The translations under genes were made by a program, and so were the position numbers. A stretch of DNA of 64,000 nucleotides, from assembly GCA_963825135.1 (NCBI GenBank), contig CAWGRW010000009.1, forward strand, positions 1,856,001 through 1,920,000. The letters run 5' to 3'. Below the pieces are notes generated by a model. That model made no database searches. It saw only the letters and a list, made by a program, of their open reading frames with translations, and had not been told where the DNA came from. Source of the DNA: an uncultured bacterium. GTDB lineage: Bacteria; Desulfobacterota_D; UBA1144; Nemesobacterales; UBA2774. Each line of letters opens with the position of its first letter. Position 1 is the first letter of the stretch. Positions 10,210-18,270 of the stretch are shown one piece after another.

Positions 10210-11125
10210 TCTTGTCGCACGTACATTTGTAGCGGTCGACCGGCAGAGCCTCTATGATCTCTTTCATGTGGTCGGATTTATTGAGCACGTAAAAATGAAT
10301 GCCGGGTACGCCGCGCGCGAGGAGATCTTTGGATTGCTCTATGCACTGCGCTATGCCGACTGCACGGGCCCTTTCATCATCATCCTTGCATGCGTCGAGC
10401 CTGTCCTTAAGACCCGCAGGGATTGAGGCGCCGCACATAGATGTGATCCTCTCTATCTGGTTCACGGAGAGTATGGGCATCAGTCCCGGAACTATCGGCG
10501 CGGTGATTCCGTGCGATTTCGCTTTTTCTACAAAGTCGAAATAATAGCGGTTATCGAAAAAGAGCTGTGTTATAACGACGTCTCCTCCGGAATCGATCTT
10601 CCGCTTGAGGTTAATGATGTCGGTGTCGATATCGGGGGCTTCAGTATGCTTCTCGGGGTAACCGCCCACGGCGATTCCGAAGTATCTGCAATTGAGCTTC
10701 CTTTCCTCGAACTGGCGTATATGCCGTACAAGCTCGTAGCCGTATTTATAGCCGTCGGCATGCTGTTCGAACCCCCCCGACGCCGAAGGGGTGTCGCCCC
10801 TGATTGCGACTATGTTTTCGATACCCGCTTCGTATATCCGTTCCAGCATCCGGTCGAGCTCGTCCCTGGAGGCCCCTACGCAAGTTAGGTGACAGGCGGT
10901 TTCCACGCCGAACCGGTTTTTTATTATGGACGCAATTTCAAGGGTCCTCTTCCGGGTTGAACCCATCGCCCCATAGGTCACTGTAATGAAATCCGGGCTT
11001 AGGACGACAAGCTCCTCAAGTACCTTCTCCAAGTTCACCATCCCCTTTTCCGTTTTGGGAGGGAAAATTTCGAAAGAGATTACGGGCTTTTTACCGCCAT
11101 ATTTAAAGTATTCCGGAAGACGCAT
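10190..11125 (-). CDS. metF: Methylenetetrahydrofolate reductase
   Basis: SFEIFPPKT, VTYGAMGS, HLTCVG, AIRGD, GGYPEKH, ITQLFFDN, PIVPGLMP, GIHFYVLN. Confidence 0.96.
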   Translation of the reverse strand: MRLPEYFKYGGKKPVISFEIFPPKTEKGMVNLEKVLEELVVLSPDFITVTYGAMGSTRKRTLEIASIIKNRFGVETACHLTCVGASRDELDRMLERIYEAGIENIVAIRGDTPSASGGFEQHADGYKYGYELVRHIRQFEERKLNCRYFGIAVGGYPEKHTEAPDIDTDIINLKRKIDSGGDVVITQLFFDNRYYFDFVEKAKSHGITAPIVPGLMPILSVNQIERITSMCGASIPAGLKDRLDACKDDDERARAVGIAQCIEQSKDLLARGVPGIHFYVLNKSDHMKEIIEALPVDRYKCTCDKIAGHNR

Positions 11126-11543
11126 GATCGACCTGTTTCCGACTATAAACAGTTAATTCTTTCACCTCCATGCATGTTTGTCAATAAAAGCCGATAGTGG
11201 TTATCAAATAAATTATACTTCTTGGAGCCAAACGCGTTCCGAGCTTTCGTAGACTCTTTTGTTTTGACATTGGTTCTGGTCGCCATGTGACCGTACGGCA
11301 TACGGTCCTCCGGTATTGCTGCCGGCCTCCCTTCGACGATCTCTATCCCGGGTCTTGTCTGTTCCTCCGATGTCCTTTGCTATCGTACTGAGTCGGTCTC
11401 ATAGCGTTTTCAACGGACGGGTCGGATAACAGCCGTCAATTCTACTTTCGTATCTGCAGACTTCAACGGAAGTCGCATTGACAGTTGATTCTTAATTTAT
11501 ACCCTATTAGCAATATGTGTTTAGATGGAGGAAAATATACTAC

Positions 11544-12770
11544 ATGACAATTTGCTATGTGACGCATTCGGCTCCCTGCGGTAAGGGTGAGGCCTTCATT
11601 GTTCAGGAAATAATTGAAATGAAAAAATATTTTCAAGTCGTTATAGTACCGATAAGACCGATAGGTGCGCCACAATACGAAGATGCACAACTCCTGGTGA
11701 AGGATTCGATAATATTGCCGTTGCTCAATATCAAAATCATTGCTTGTTTCATCTTAACAATTCTTACAAACCCTTTTCTAGTCATCAGTAACTTAATTAG
11801 TCTTATATCTGAAAGCAAATCTATGAAAGTATTCCTAAGGAATCTATGCATATTACCGAAAGCATTTTATGTTACGCGAGTATTAAAAGACAAGAAAATA
11901 CGGCACATCCATGCACATTGGTCATCGATCCAGGCTACATTTGGATTGATTGTTGCAAAGAATTTAGGTATTGATTTCAGTTTTACCGCACATAGGTATG
12001 ATATTGAAGAAAACAATATGCTCGGAAAAAAAGTATTAGAATCTTCTTTTGTCAGGACGATTTCAGAAATGGGTAAAAATAAGATTATTCGTCTTGCCAA
12101 TCCGGTGCAAGCGGATAAAAAGATCCATGTGATTCATATGGGGGTCGAAATCCCGCGATTCCACAGCGTGCCGAACAGCGAGAACACCGTTCCGATTATT
12201 GCATGCCCGGCAAACCTGGAAGAAGTTAAGGGCCACAGGTACTTGGTTGAGGCTTGCGCTATATTAAAATCAGCAGGATTAAAATTTCAATGTTTAATTA
12301 TCGGCACCGGCTCTCAACATCGCAGCATACAGAATTTAATTGAGAATAAGGGGCTTGAGAACGAGGTTTCGTTAGTGGGCTATTACCCGCACAGCAAGTT
12401 AATGGAATTGATGAAAAATCATGTTGCGGATATTGTTGTCTTGCCCAGCATCACTACGAAAGACGGTGCTTGTGAAGGAATACCTGTAACTTTGATGGAG
12501 GCAATGAGTTTTGGGATACCGGTCCTGTCGACAAGAACAGGCGGGATACCGGAACTTCTTCGGGAAGGCGGAGGGATCATGGTCGAAGAAAAAGATTCCA
12601 ACGCAATTGCGCAAGGAGTGCTCAAAATTTTAAGTGATGAAAATTTGAGAAGCAAATTAGCGAAATCAGGTTATGAGACAGTCAGTAATCATTTTAATAT
12701 CACTAATACCTGCAAAGAACTTTCATCCTTGATACAAAAGTATTGTACGAATGGAAAGTACCAACATTAG
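11544..12770 (+). CDS. GT4 glycosyltransferase (WcaL-like)
   Basis: HIHAHW, SFTAHRYDI, KGHRYL, EGIPVTLMEAMSFGIPVLST..GGIPE; ATG 11544 follows GGAGG (ORF track starts at 11517). Confidence 0.9.
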   Translation: MTICYVTHSAPCGKGEAFIVQEIIEMKKYFQVVIVPIRPIGAPQYEDAQLLVKDSIILPLLNIKIIACFILTILTNPFLVISNLISLISESKSMKVFLRNLCILPKAFYVTRVLKDKKIRHIHAHWSSIQATFGLIVAKNLGIDFSFTAHRYDIEENNMLGKKVLESSFVRTISEMGKNKIIRLANPVQADKKIHVIHMGVEIPRFHSVPNSENTVPIIACPANLEEVKGHRYLVEACAILKSAGLKFQCLIIGTGSQHRSIQNLIENKGLENEVSLVGYYPHSKLMELMKNHVADIVVLPSITTKDGACEGIPVTLMEAMSFGIPVLSTRTGGIPELLREGGGIMVEEKDSNAIAQGVLKILSDENLRSKLAKSGYETVSNHFNITNTCKELSSLIQKYCTNGKYQH

Positions 12771-12787
12771 AGGCGGCACTGCTGATA

Positions 12788-13426
12788 TTGAGAAGAATAC
12801 GAATTAACAAGATCTTCTACCTGCTTGCCTCGGCAATCGTCATTCTCTTTTTTAGCTGCCAGCAGGTTAAGGAGATTCCCGACAAAATCCCCGACCAGCT
12901 CCCTAACCCCGTGAAGGACTTTACTGAAAAGGATGATTATATTGTCGGGCTCAACTGGTATAAGCAGTTGAACTATCAAATTGCCGCTAAGTTCTGGAAG
13001 CCCCTTGCAAAGGAGGGCGACTGCGACGCCCAGTATGCTCTCGGTTTATTGTATTTCGAAGGCCTGGGAGTCGGTCAAAGCTTTGACAAAGCGATATATC
13101 TATGGACCCGGTCCGCCGACCAGGGCCAGGCTCAGGCCCAGATCAGCCTGGGTATTGTATATTCGAGATTGAGTCTGCCCTATACCTCACTCGATTGTAG
13201 AAGAGGGTGCGGCCAGGAAAAAGACCCTTTAAAAGCATATAGATGGTTCGGTATCGCGGGTGAGATCGGCTCCCCTCACGAAATGCAGGTTGCTCAGGAT
13301 TCGCTAAAGAAAATAGTCGTGGAAATGACACCCGAGCAGATTAAGGAAGGGGATGCGCTGGTTGATTCCTGGAAACCGGACCCGACCCGCTGCGACACCC
13401 GAGGTATCTTCATTGTAGCCCCGTAA
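12788..13426 (+). CDS. Sel1-repeat (TPR-like) putative lipoprotein
   Basis: Hydrophobic stretch ending in FFSC; Sel1 repeats AKEGDCDAQYALGLLYFEGLGV, ADQGQAQAQISLG and AYRWF..A; start uncertain (TTG 12788, ORF track 12743). Confidence 0.75.
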   Translation: MRRIRINKIFYLLASAIVILFFSCQQVKEIPDKIPDQLPNPVKDFTEKDDYIVGLNWYKQLNYQIAAKFWKPLAKEGDCDAQYALGLLYFEGLGVGQSFDKAIYLWTRSADQGQAQAQISLGIVYSRLSLPYTSLDCRRGCGQEKDPLKAYRWFGIAGEIGSPHEMQVAQDSLKKIVVEMTPEQIKEGDALVDSWKPDPTRCDTRGIFIVAP

Positions 13427-13513
13427 TATCTCTTAATCCGTCATTCTTGCGACAGACCCGCCGGTTGAAAACATAAGCCAAATGATCATTTACTCTCGAT
13501 TTCATTTACATAC

Positions 13514-13563
13514 TTGACAACCTGTTTGAGTCTGTTATTATGATATTGAAAATGATAATCAAT
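13514..13563 (+). promoter_or_regulatory. sigma70-type promoter with a Fur-like box
   Basis: TTGACA (13514-13519), 16 nt spacer, TGn-TATTAT (13536-13541); ATTGAAAATGATAATCAAT (13545-13563) matches the 7-1-7 Fur box TGATAAT-N-ATTATCA with 2 mismatches. Confidence 0.7.
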
Positions 13564-13649
13564 ACGTATAAAGCTTCTTCGTGCTGATTAGTCGAGGATG
13601 GGGGTTATTTCTAGATACGCCTTTATTAACAAATGCAGGGAGGTTATCT

Positions 13650-13877
13650 ATGGGTTTCATGTGCGATTCCGATAAACCAATGGTCCTTTCGTCGTCGAAT
13701 ATAGGCAATATATCAAAATGCGGATGCTGTAATTTTTATCATCTCAACATAGGGAACGTTACACTCAGACTGGAGCATAAATATCTACTGACCCTAACGC
13801 AGATGATAATTGATGCTCTCGAGATTAACTCTGGCATACAGCGTGAATTTAGAAGACAACTCCGGAATCAGGCTTGA
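13650..13877 (+). CDS. Small Cys/His-rich protein (CGCC..YHL motif; possibly DUF6686-like)
   Basis: ATG 13650 after GGGAGG; MGFMCD...GNISKCGCCNFYHLNIGNVTLRL; family recalled from memory, not searched. Confidence 0.6.
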   Translation: MGFMCDSDKPMVLSSSNIGNISKCGCCNFYHLNIGNVTLRLEHKYLLTLTQMIIDALEINSGIQREFRRQLRNQA

Positions 13878-13906
13878 ATACATTTGATCCGGTCGGATTA
13901 CTCCCT

Positions 13907-13964
13907 GGAGAAGGGCGGCCCCATGAATTAATGGTCCTATTACCTTAGCTAGCCGCCCTTCTCC
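13907..13964. repeat. Perfect 13-bp inverted repeat (stem-loop)
   Basis: GGAGAAGGGCGGC (13907-13919) pairs with GCCGCCCTTCTCC (13952-13964); 32-nt loop containing an inner CCAT/ATGG pairing. Confidence 0.8.
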
Positions 13965-14011
13965 TTCTAAAATAATATTGAGTCAGGCTGGATGTGGGAT
14001 CGAGCCTAAAG

Positions 14012-14126
14012 TGAGATATGAGCATGAATCCATAAACCTGCGGACTGTCAGGCGAGGCAAAATACTTGCCCGCATCTCTCTGACATCGCCCCAGGTCGAT
14101 TAAGGTTCTGCTCATCCGGATTCTCA
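14012..14126. ncRNA. Candidate structured non-coding RNA (irregular rod hairpin), family unknown
   Basis: Seven nested helices found by hand: TGAGA/TCTCA, ATGAGCA/TGCTCAT, GAATC/GGTTC, ACCTG/CAGGT, TGTCAG/CTGACA, GCG/CGC, GGCAA/TTGCC. Confidence 0.35.
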
Positions 14127-14161
14127 GGGGTCTAAAAATAATGATTATGAAATTCATTGTC

Positions 14162-14210
14162 TTGACAAAATCCGTGTTCTGGGTATGTTGAATTTGATAA
14201 CGATTATCAA
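14162..14210 (+). promoter_or_regulatory. sigma70-type promoter with a Fur box upstream of the porin gene
   Basis: TTGACA (14162-14167), 16 nt spacer, TATGTT (14184-14189); TTGATAACGATTATCAA (14194-14210) is 1 mismatch from the 7-1-7 Fur consensus. Confidence 0.8.
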
Positions 14211-14233
14211 TACTAAACCAGGAGGTGTGAAGG

Positions 14234-15793
14234 ATGGGTGAATTATTCATATGTTTCAGCGTTCGTTCGTTACGTTTGACGTTACTTCCTCTCTTTATTG
14301 TTTTGGTCTTATTGGCGTCGTCCGATGTCTTCTCGGAAGAATCGACTCAAGATCAGCCGGGGACGTCCCAAGGTTCCGACGTTTACCAAAAAATCAGGGC
14401 TCCGAAATCAGAAGCCGGCAATAAAAATACCGTAGTAGCTCAGAACAAGAGCGGTGTTCAGAACCAATCCCAGGATCAGAGGATTCAGGACCTGGAAAAT
14501 AAATTAAAGGGCGTAAGCGACGAGCTCCAGCAGCTTAAAGCCCAGGGGATTCCCGATGACAGGCTAGAGGCTATAGAACAGAAGCTGAGCGTACTCGCTG
14601 AGGAAATCGACAATATCAAGCAGGTATCCGTTGTTCCCGAGCCCACATATGAAAAGATGTTCGGGGCGGGCCCGGCTGCGTCTAAGGTCTATCTCTCGAA
14701 CAAGGGCTTATCCATCGGGGGGTACGGCGAGTTGTTGACGGGTCAGGCCGTTTTCGACGGGGATAATACCGTAGATACGCAGAGGGTCGTGCTTTATTTC
14801 GGTTATAAATTTACCGACAGAATTATTTTCAATTCCGAAGTAGAATTCGAGCACGCCTCCACGGAACTTAACGTCGAAGGATCGGAGGGCTCCGTTTCTG
14901 TCGAATTCGCCCTCCTCGATTTCCTTCTGGCGAAGGAAATAAATCTCCGCGGCGGGCTCCTGCTCGCTCCTTTCGGGATAATCAACGAGGTTCATGAGCC
15001 CACGACATTCTTCGGGGTTTTCAGGCCGGGGACGGAGCTGTTCGTCATTCCCACTACATGGAGAGAGAACGGTTTAGGCATTTTCGGAGACATCGATCTT
15101 AACAAGGCGGGTAATCTCAGCTATAAGGCATATGTAATGAGCAGCTTCGACGCCAAGGGGTTCATAGCTTCAAGCAACAGAGGCATCAGGTTCAATGGGA
15201 CCGAGGCCTCGTTCAACGACGTTGCGTTCGTCAGCAGAGCGGAATATAACCCTGTCCCCTATCTGACGGTGTCGGGTTCCGTATTCCTGGGCAATACCGG
15301 GCAGGGAGCGACTGTGGACAATCCGACGTCCGAGTTTAACGGACAAAAGGTTAAGGGATTCTTCCAGATGTATGAAGGGGACATCCAGTTTCAGTACGCG
15401 GGGTTTGAGGGCAGGGCGCTCGCAGTATTTACAAGGCTCGATGAAGCCGCCCTCATAAACGCGTTAAACGGGTTTGTCGGGGATGAGTCCGTGGGCAGCC
15501 AGCAGTGGGGGTACTATGTTGAAGGAGGATACAACGTCCTCACGCTCGCGAACTTCACGAGTCAGTACTTACAGTACCTGTCTCCGTTCGTCAGATGGGA
15601 TGCCTTCGATACCCAGGCGCATGTTCCTTCCGGGTTCGAGCGCGACCCCGCCAACAACAGGAAAGACCTGACGATAGGAATAAACTATAAACCTATCCCC
15701 CAGGTCGTCGTGAAAGCGGAGTATCAGTGGCTCGACGACAATGCCGGAGAGTCTCAGAACCAAATTAATTTCGGCCTTGGATACGTATTCTAA
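14234..15793 (+). CDS. Outer-membrane beta-barrel porin with an N-terminal coiled coil
   Basis: Signal peptide; coiled coil (IQDLENKLKGVSDELQQLK); barrel motifs IGGYGE, VLYFGYKF, FNSEVEFEH, INEVHEPT; C-terminal GLGYVF BAM-type signal; GGAGGT RBS. Confidence 0.85.
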   Translation: MGELFICFSVRSLRLTLLPLFIVLVLLASSDVFSEESTQDQPGTSQGSDVYQKIRAPKSEAGNKNTVVAQNKSGVQNQSQDQRIQDLENKLKGVSDELQQLKAQGIPDDRLEAIEQKLSVLAEEIDNIKQVSVVPEPTYEKMFGAGPAASKVYLSNKGLSIGGYGELLTGQAVFDGDNTVDTQRVVLYFGYKFTDRIIFNSEVEFEHASTELNVEGSEGSVSVEFALLDFLLAKEINLRGGLLLAPFGIINEVHEPTTFFGVFRPGTELFVIPTTWRENGLGIFGDIDLNKAGNLSYKAYVMSSFDAKGFIASSNRGIRFNGTEASFNDVAFVSRAEYNPVPYLTVSGSVFLGNTGQGATVDNPTSEFNGQKVKGFFQMYEGDIQFQYAGFEGRALAVFTRLDEAALINALNGFVGDESVGSQQWGYYVEGGYNVLTLANFTSQYLQYLSPFVRWDAFDTQAHVPSGFERDPANNRKDLTIGINYKPIPQVVVKAEYQWLDDNAGESQNQINFGLGYVF

Positions 15794-15817
15794 ATCTGGT
15801 TAAATATAGCTTCCGGT

Positions 15818-15848
15818 GGGGGCGCGGCAGCCGGGACTCTGCGCCCTC
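15818..15848 (+). other. Intergenic GC-rich stem-loop without a U-tract (possible mRNA stabiliser)
   Basis: GGGGGCGCGG (15818-15827) pairs with CTGCGCCCTC (15839-15848), two G-U wobbles. Confidence 0.45.
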
Positions 15849-15876
15849 ATTATATTCGGACCCTCATGTCAATGAT

Positions 15877-16434
15877 ATGAAAACCGTATTCATTATTTTT
15901 CTCTGCCTGTTTATTTTTTCCACAGGCGCTCAGTCGAAAGTATTTATGAAAAGGGATGAAGCTCTTAAGGTTGCGTTCCCGGACGCGGACAGGATAGAGA
16001 AAAAGGATATCTTCCTCACCGATAAACAGGCGGAAGAAATTGAGTCGCTTTCGAAATCCAGGCTCAGTACCAGGCTGTATATTGTCTACGAAGGTGTTAA
16101 GGGGGATAAGGTCCTCGGATATGCTATAATTGACACGCACACTTTGAGGACTAAAACGGAAACGGTCATGTTTGTAATTAACACGGACGGCACACTGAGG
16201 CAGGCTGAAATTCTGGCTTTCTTTGAACCCCCCGATTATATGCCCGTTGACAACTGGATTGCTCTATTTTACGGGAAAAGTATCGGGGACTCACTTAAAC
16301 CGGGTAAAGATATACCAAATATGACAGGCGCTACGATAACATCCAACTCGCTGGCCCAGGCAATCCGGCAGATTCTTGCGCTTGCCAGAGTTGCTGTGAT
16401 TGGCGATGGAGCGGGAAACCGTACAGAGGAATAA
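15877..16434 (+). CDS. Exported FMN-binding domain protein (NqrC/RnfG-like flavinylation site)
   Basis: Signal peptide; DIPNMTGATITS contains the [ST]GA[ST] ApbE-target motif; I..DG.L...EILAF.EP and W...FYGK pattern. Confidence 0.85.
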   Translation: MKTVFIIFLCLFIFSTGAQSKVFMKRDEALKVAFPDADRIEKKDIFLTDKQAEEIESLSKSRLSTRLYIVYEGVKGDKVLGYAIIDTHTLRTKTETVMFVINTDGTLRQAEILAFFEPPDYMPVDNWIALFYGKSIGDSLKPGKDIPNMTGATITSNSLAQAIRQILALARVAVIGDGAGNRTEE

Positions 16435-16924
16435 TTTGCGATTCTTTATTTCCCCGGATATAAGAAAAAATTCACTTTTAAGACTCATAGTGGTCTTCAC
16501 AGTTCTTTTCTTCGTTTTGTTATGGGTTACCGATCTCCTCTTGTATCTCCAGATCGGCTTCAGCTACGACTCCGTAGTCGAGTATTACAAGGGCTCGGAA
16601 GCTAATTTCAGGCCCCCGAAAAGCTATCTCGGCATGCTTGAAGAAGCTCATTTCCACTTCTTTTCGATGGCCGTAATACTAGTGACCCTCAATCATTTGA
16701 TGCTATTCACAGCCCTGGGGAATTTCTGGAAGCTCTTGCTAATCGTTTCTTCGTTTTTATCAGCCCTTGGCGATATTGCGGGAGGATGGCTTATTAGATA
16801 CGTGAGCCCGGATTTCGCCTACCTGAAGATCGCATCGGTCTTGGTCCTACAGGCTTCCCTGGCGGCCCTTATGATTATTGTTATCCTGTATCTATACAGT
16901 GCACGCAAGGATTCTAACCCGTAA
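16400..16924 (+). CDS. Four-TM inner-membrane protein with membrane-proximal His residues
   Basis: Four hydrophobic segments; LEEAHFHFFSM...LNHLM; overlaps the 3' end of the FMN-binding gene. Confidence 0.75.
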   Translation: MAMERETVQRNNLRFFISPDIRKNSLLRLIVVFTVLFFVLLWVTDLLLYLQIGFSYDSVVEYYKGSEANFRPPKSYLGMLEEAHFHFFSMAVILVTLNHLMLFTALGNFWKLLLIVSSFLSALGDIAGGWLIRYVSPDFAYLKIASVLVLQASLAALMIIVILYLYSARKDSNP

Positions 16925-17195
16925 TTTATTTTCCCTCACCTTTCCCGTGGGTCATTCTGCATCTTCTCTCTAGCAATAATCAAATAATTAATAAATCATC
17001 GCAGACGCTTAAAATAATATTCATAGTTAGAAAACGCCCTGACTAATCTTGTCACGAATAAGCGATTGGTGACAAAATCTGACAATTTGGGTTCCAGGCT
17101 CGAATAATAGATGACATTTTATGGCATGTGAATGTCTATGTGATATTGGATACTTGTCTTCTAATATTTAAGACCATTATTTAAGTTTCAACCAA

Positions 17196-17212
17196 CTGGT
17201 ATGAAGATTGCA
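17196..17212 (+). promoter_or_regulatory. sigma54 (-24/-12) promoter
   Basis: CTGGTATGAAGATTGCA: GG (17198-17199), exactly 10 nt, then GC (17210-17211) within TTGCA; lies just upstream of the riboswitch. Confidence 0.65.
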
Positions 17213-17254
17213 AGTAAGAGTTATATGTAAAAAGATTTAACTAGGCGAGTCCTA

Positions 17255-17346
17255 AACGATAATGGCAAACCATCCGAAAGGGTGGGACGCAAAGCCTTCG
17301 ACCTAAGTGCTGAGAAATCAGCATATGGTGGCCGGGTTACCGAAAT
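17255..17346 (+). ncRNA. c-di-GMP-I (GEMM) riboswitch
   Basis: GGCAAACCATCCGAAAGGGTGGGACGCAAAGCC...CCTAA...ATGG..GCCGGGTTACCGA: GAAA tetraloop P2, GACGCAAAGC junction, P3 with receptor; G at the Vc2 G20-equivalent position favours c-di-GMP over cGAMP. Confidence 0.92.
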
Positions 17347-17467
17347 AGGAAGATTGGTTCTAACCTGAGTATCTTTCCTATGTTGTTCTAACCTGCCTGC
17401 TGATAGCAGGGTCGAATGGAATGCTTCCCTCGAAAGGGTGGTCAAGCCTGAGAAAGGAGGCATTCAA

Positions 17468-18253
17468 ATGAGAGGTTCGACCAAATCCATCACATTTCAC
17501 GTTTTGCTTGCAGTGACTATTCTGTCCCTTTATAGTCCGATGAACTCCCATGCGTCACTCTTCTCCGGATCCTCCATGTCGTCGGGTGGTTCTTCCACTC
17601 CGTCCGGAAGCTCTAAATTACCTCCCGGCACTAAGTATTATTCGATTCAAGATACCTACGTTGATCAGCGAAAAACGAACCTGAGCTTCGGTTCAAATTC
17701 CACTATTCAGATTAAATCCAGAAGTAGCCAGGTGAAGCAGGGACTCGTTAAATTTAACATTTCCGGAATCCCCGCAGGCGCCAAGATTACAAAGGCGACG
17801 ATATCACTATATGTCGCAAAAAAGAGCGGATCCGGCAATTCGGTGGCTGTTTACGAGGCTCTCGGAAACTGGAACAGATCTACGACCTGGAACCAAAAAC
17901 CTCCGATTGCCTCTTCGAGTGAAGCGAGTATGTCCGTTAGTAAAACCGGAAGTTACTACAATATGAGTGTTACAGGCCTGGTTCAGGATTGGGTAAATGG
18001 AACTGAGGAAAACAATGGAATATATGTTGTTGCAAGAAACGGAGAAATGTACTTTTACAGCGGAGAAAGCAAGAAGAACAAACCGGTTTTGACCGTTGAG
18101 TATACAAAAGGTGGACCGTCCGCGACGCCCGCTCCGACACCGGTCCCGTCGCCCGCTCCGACGCCGGCCCCGACGCCCGCACCGTCCCCCGCTCCGACGC
18201 CCGCTCCAACGCCCGCCCGACGCCCGCTCCAACACCGGCCCCGGACACGATAA
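17468..18253 (+). CDS. Secreted DNRLRE (CBM96-like) domain protein with a Pro/Thr/Ala linker; 5' half of a frameshifted gene
   Basis: ATG 17468 after AAAGGAGG; signal peptide; QDTYV...NLSFGS, LVKFNISGIP.GAKI.KATI.LY, TTWNQKP, VT.LVQDWVNG..NNG, F.S.E....P.LTVEY. Confidence 0.85.
   Translation: MRGSTKSITFHVLLAVTILSLYSPMNSHASLFSGSSMSSGGSSTPSGSSKLPPGTKYYSIQDTYVDQRKTNLSFGSNSTIQIKSRSSQVKQGLVKFNISGIPAGAKITKATISLYVAKKSGSGNSVAVYEALGNWNRSTTWNQKPPIASSSEASMSVSKTGSYYNMSVTGLVQDWVNGTEENNGIYVVARNGEMYFYSGESKKNKPVLTVEYTKGGPSATPAPTPVPSPAPTPAPTPAPSPAPTPAPTPARRPLQHRPRTR
18125..18243 (+). repeat. Ten tandem 12-bp repeats encoding (T/S)PAP; unit 8 is one base short
   Basis: Consensus ACGCCCGCTCCG; unit 18209-18219 is ACGCCCGCCCG (11 nt), which shifts the reading frame. 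Confidence 0.93.
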
Positions 18254-18270
18254 AAGTCGGGGATAAGGTT

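Noticed and set aside
11126..11460. SAM or SAH riboswitch upstream of metF (hairpins at 11289-11307 and 11310-11325)
   Set aside because: No SAM-I or SAH core motifs on the minus strand, and a TTGACA at 11179-11184 suggests the metF promoter lies downstream of these hairpins.
14012..14126. Identification of the rod hairpin as 6S RNA or SRP RNA
   Set aside because: It lacks the SRP GGAA-loop domain IV motif, and it is shorter than 6S RNA, without the large central bubble or typical gene context. Kept only as an unknown candidate.
14208..14240. CAATACTAAACCA, resembling the 5' end of cGAMP-sensing GEMM-Ib riboswitches
   Set aside because: No GNRA-capped P2, no ACG(C/G)AAAGC junction and no P3; the segment is simply the Fur box edge, RBS and start of the porin gene.
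18125..18243. Tandem repeat as a CRISPR array
   Set aside because: 12-bp units without spacers that encode a Pro/Thr/Ala linker; no cas genes.
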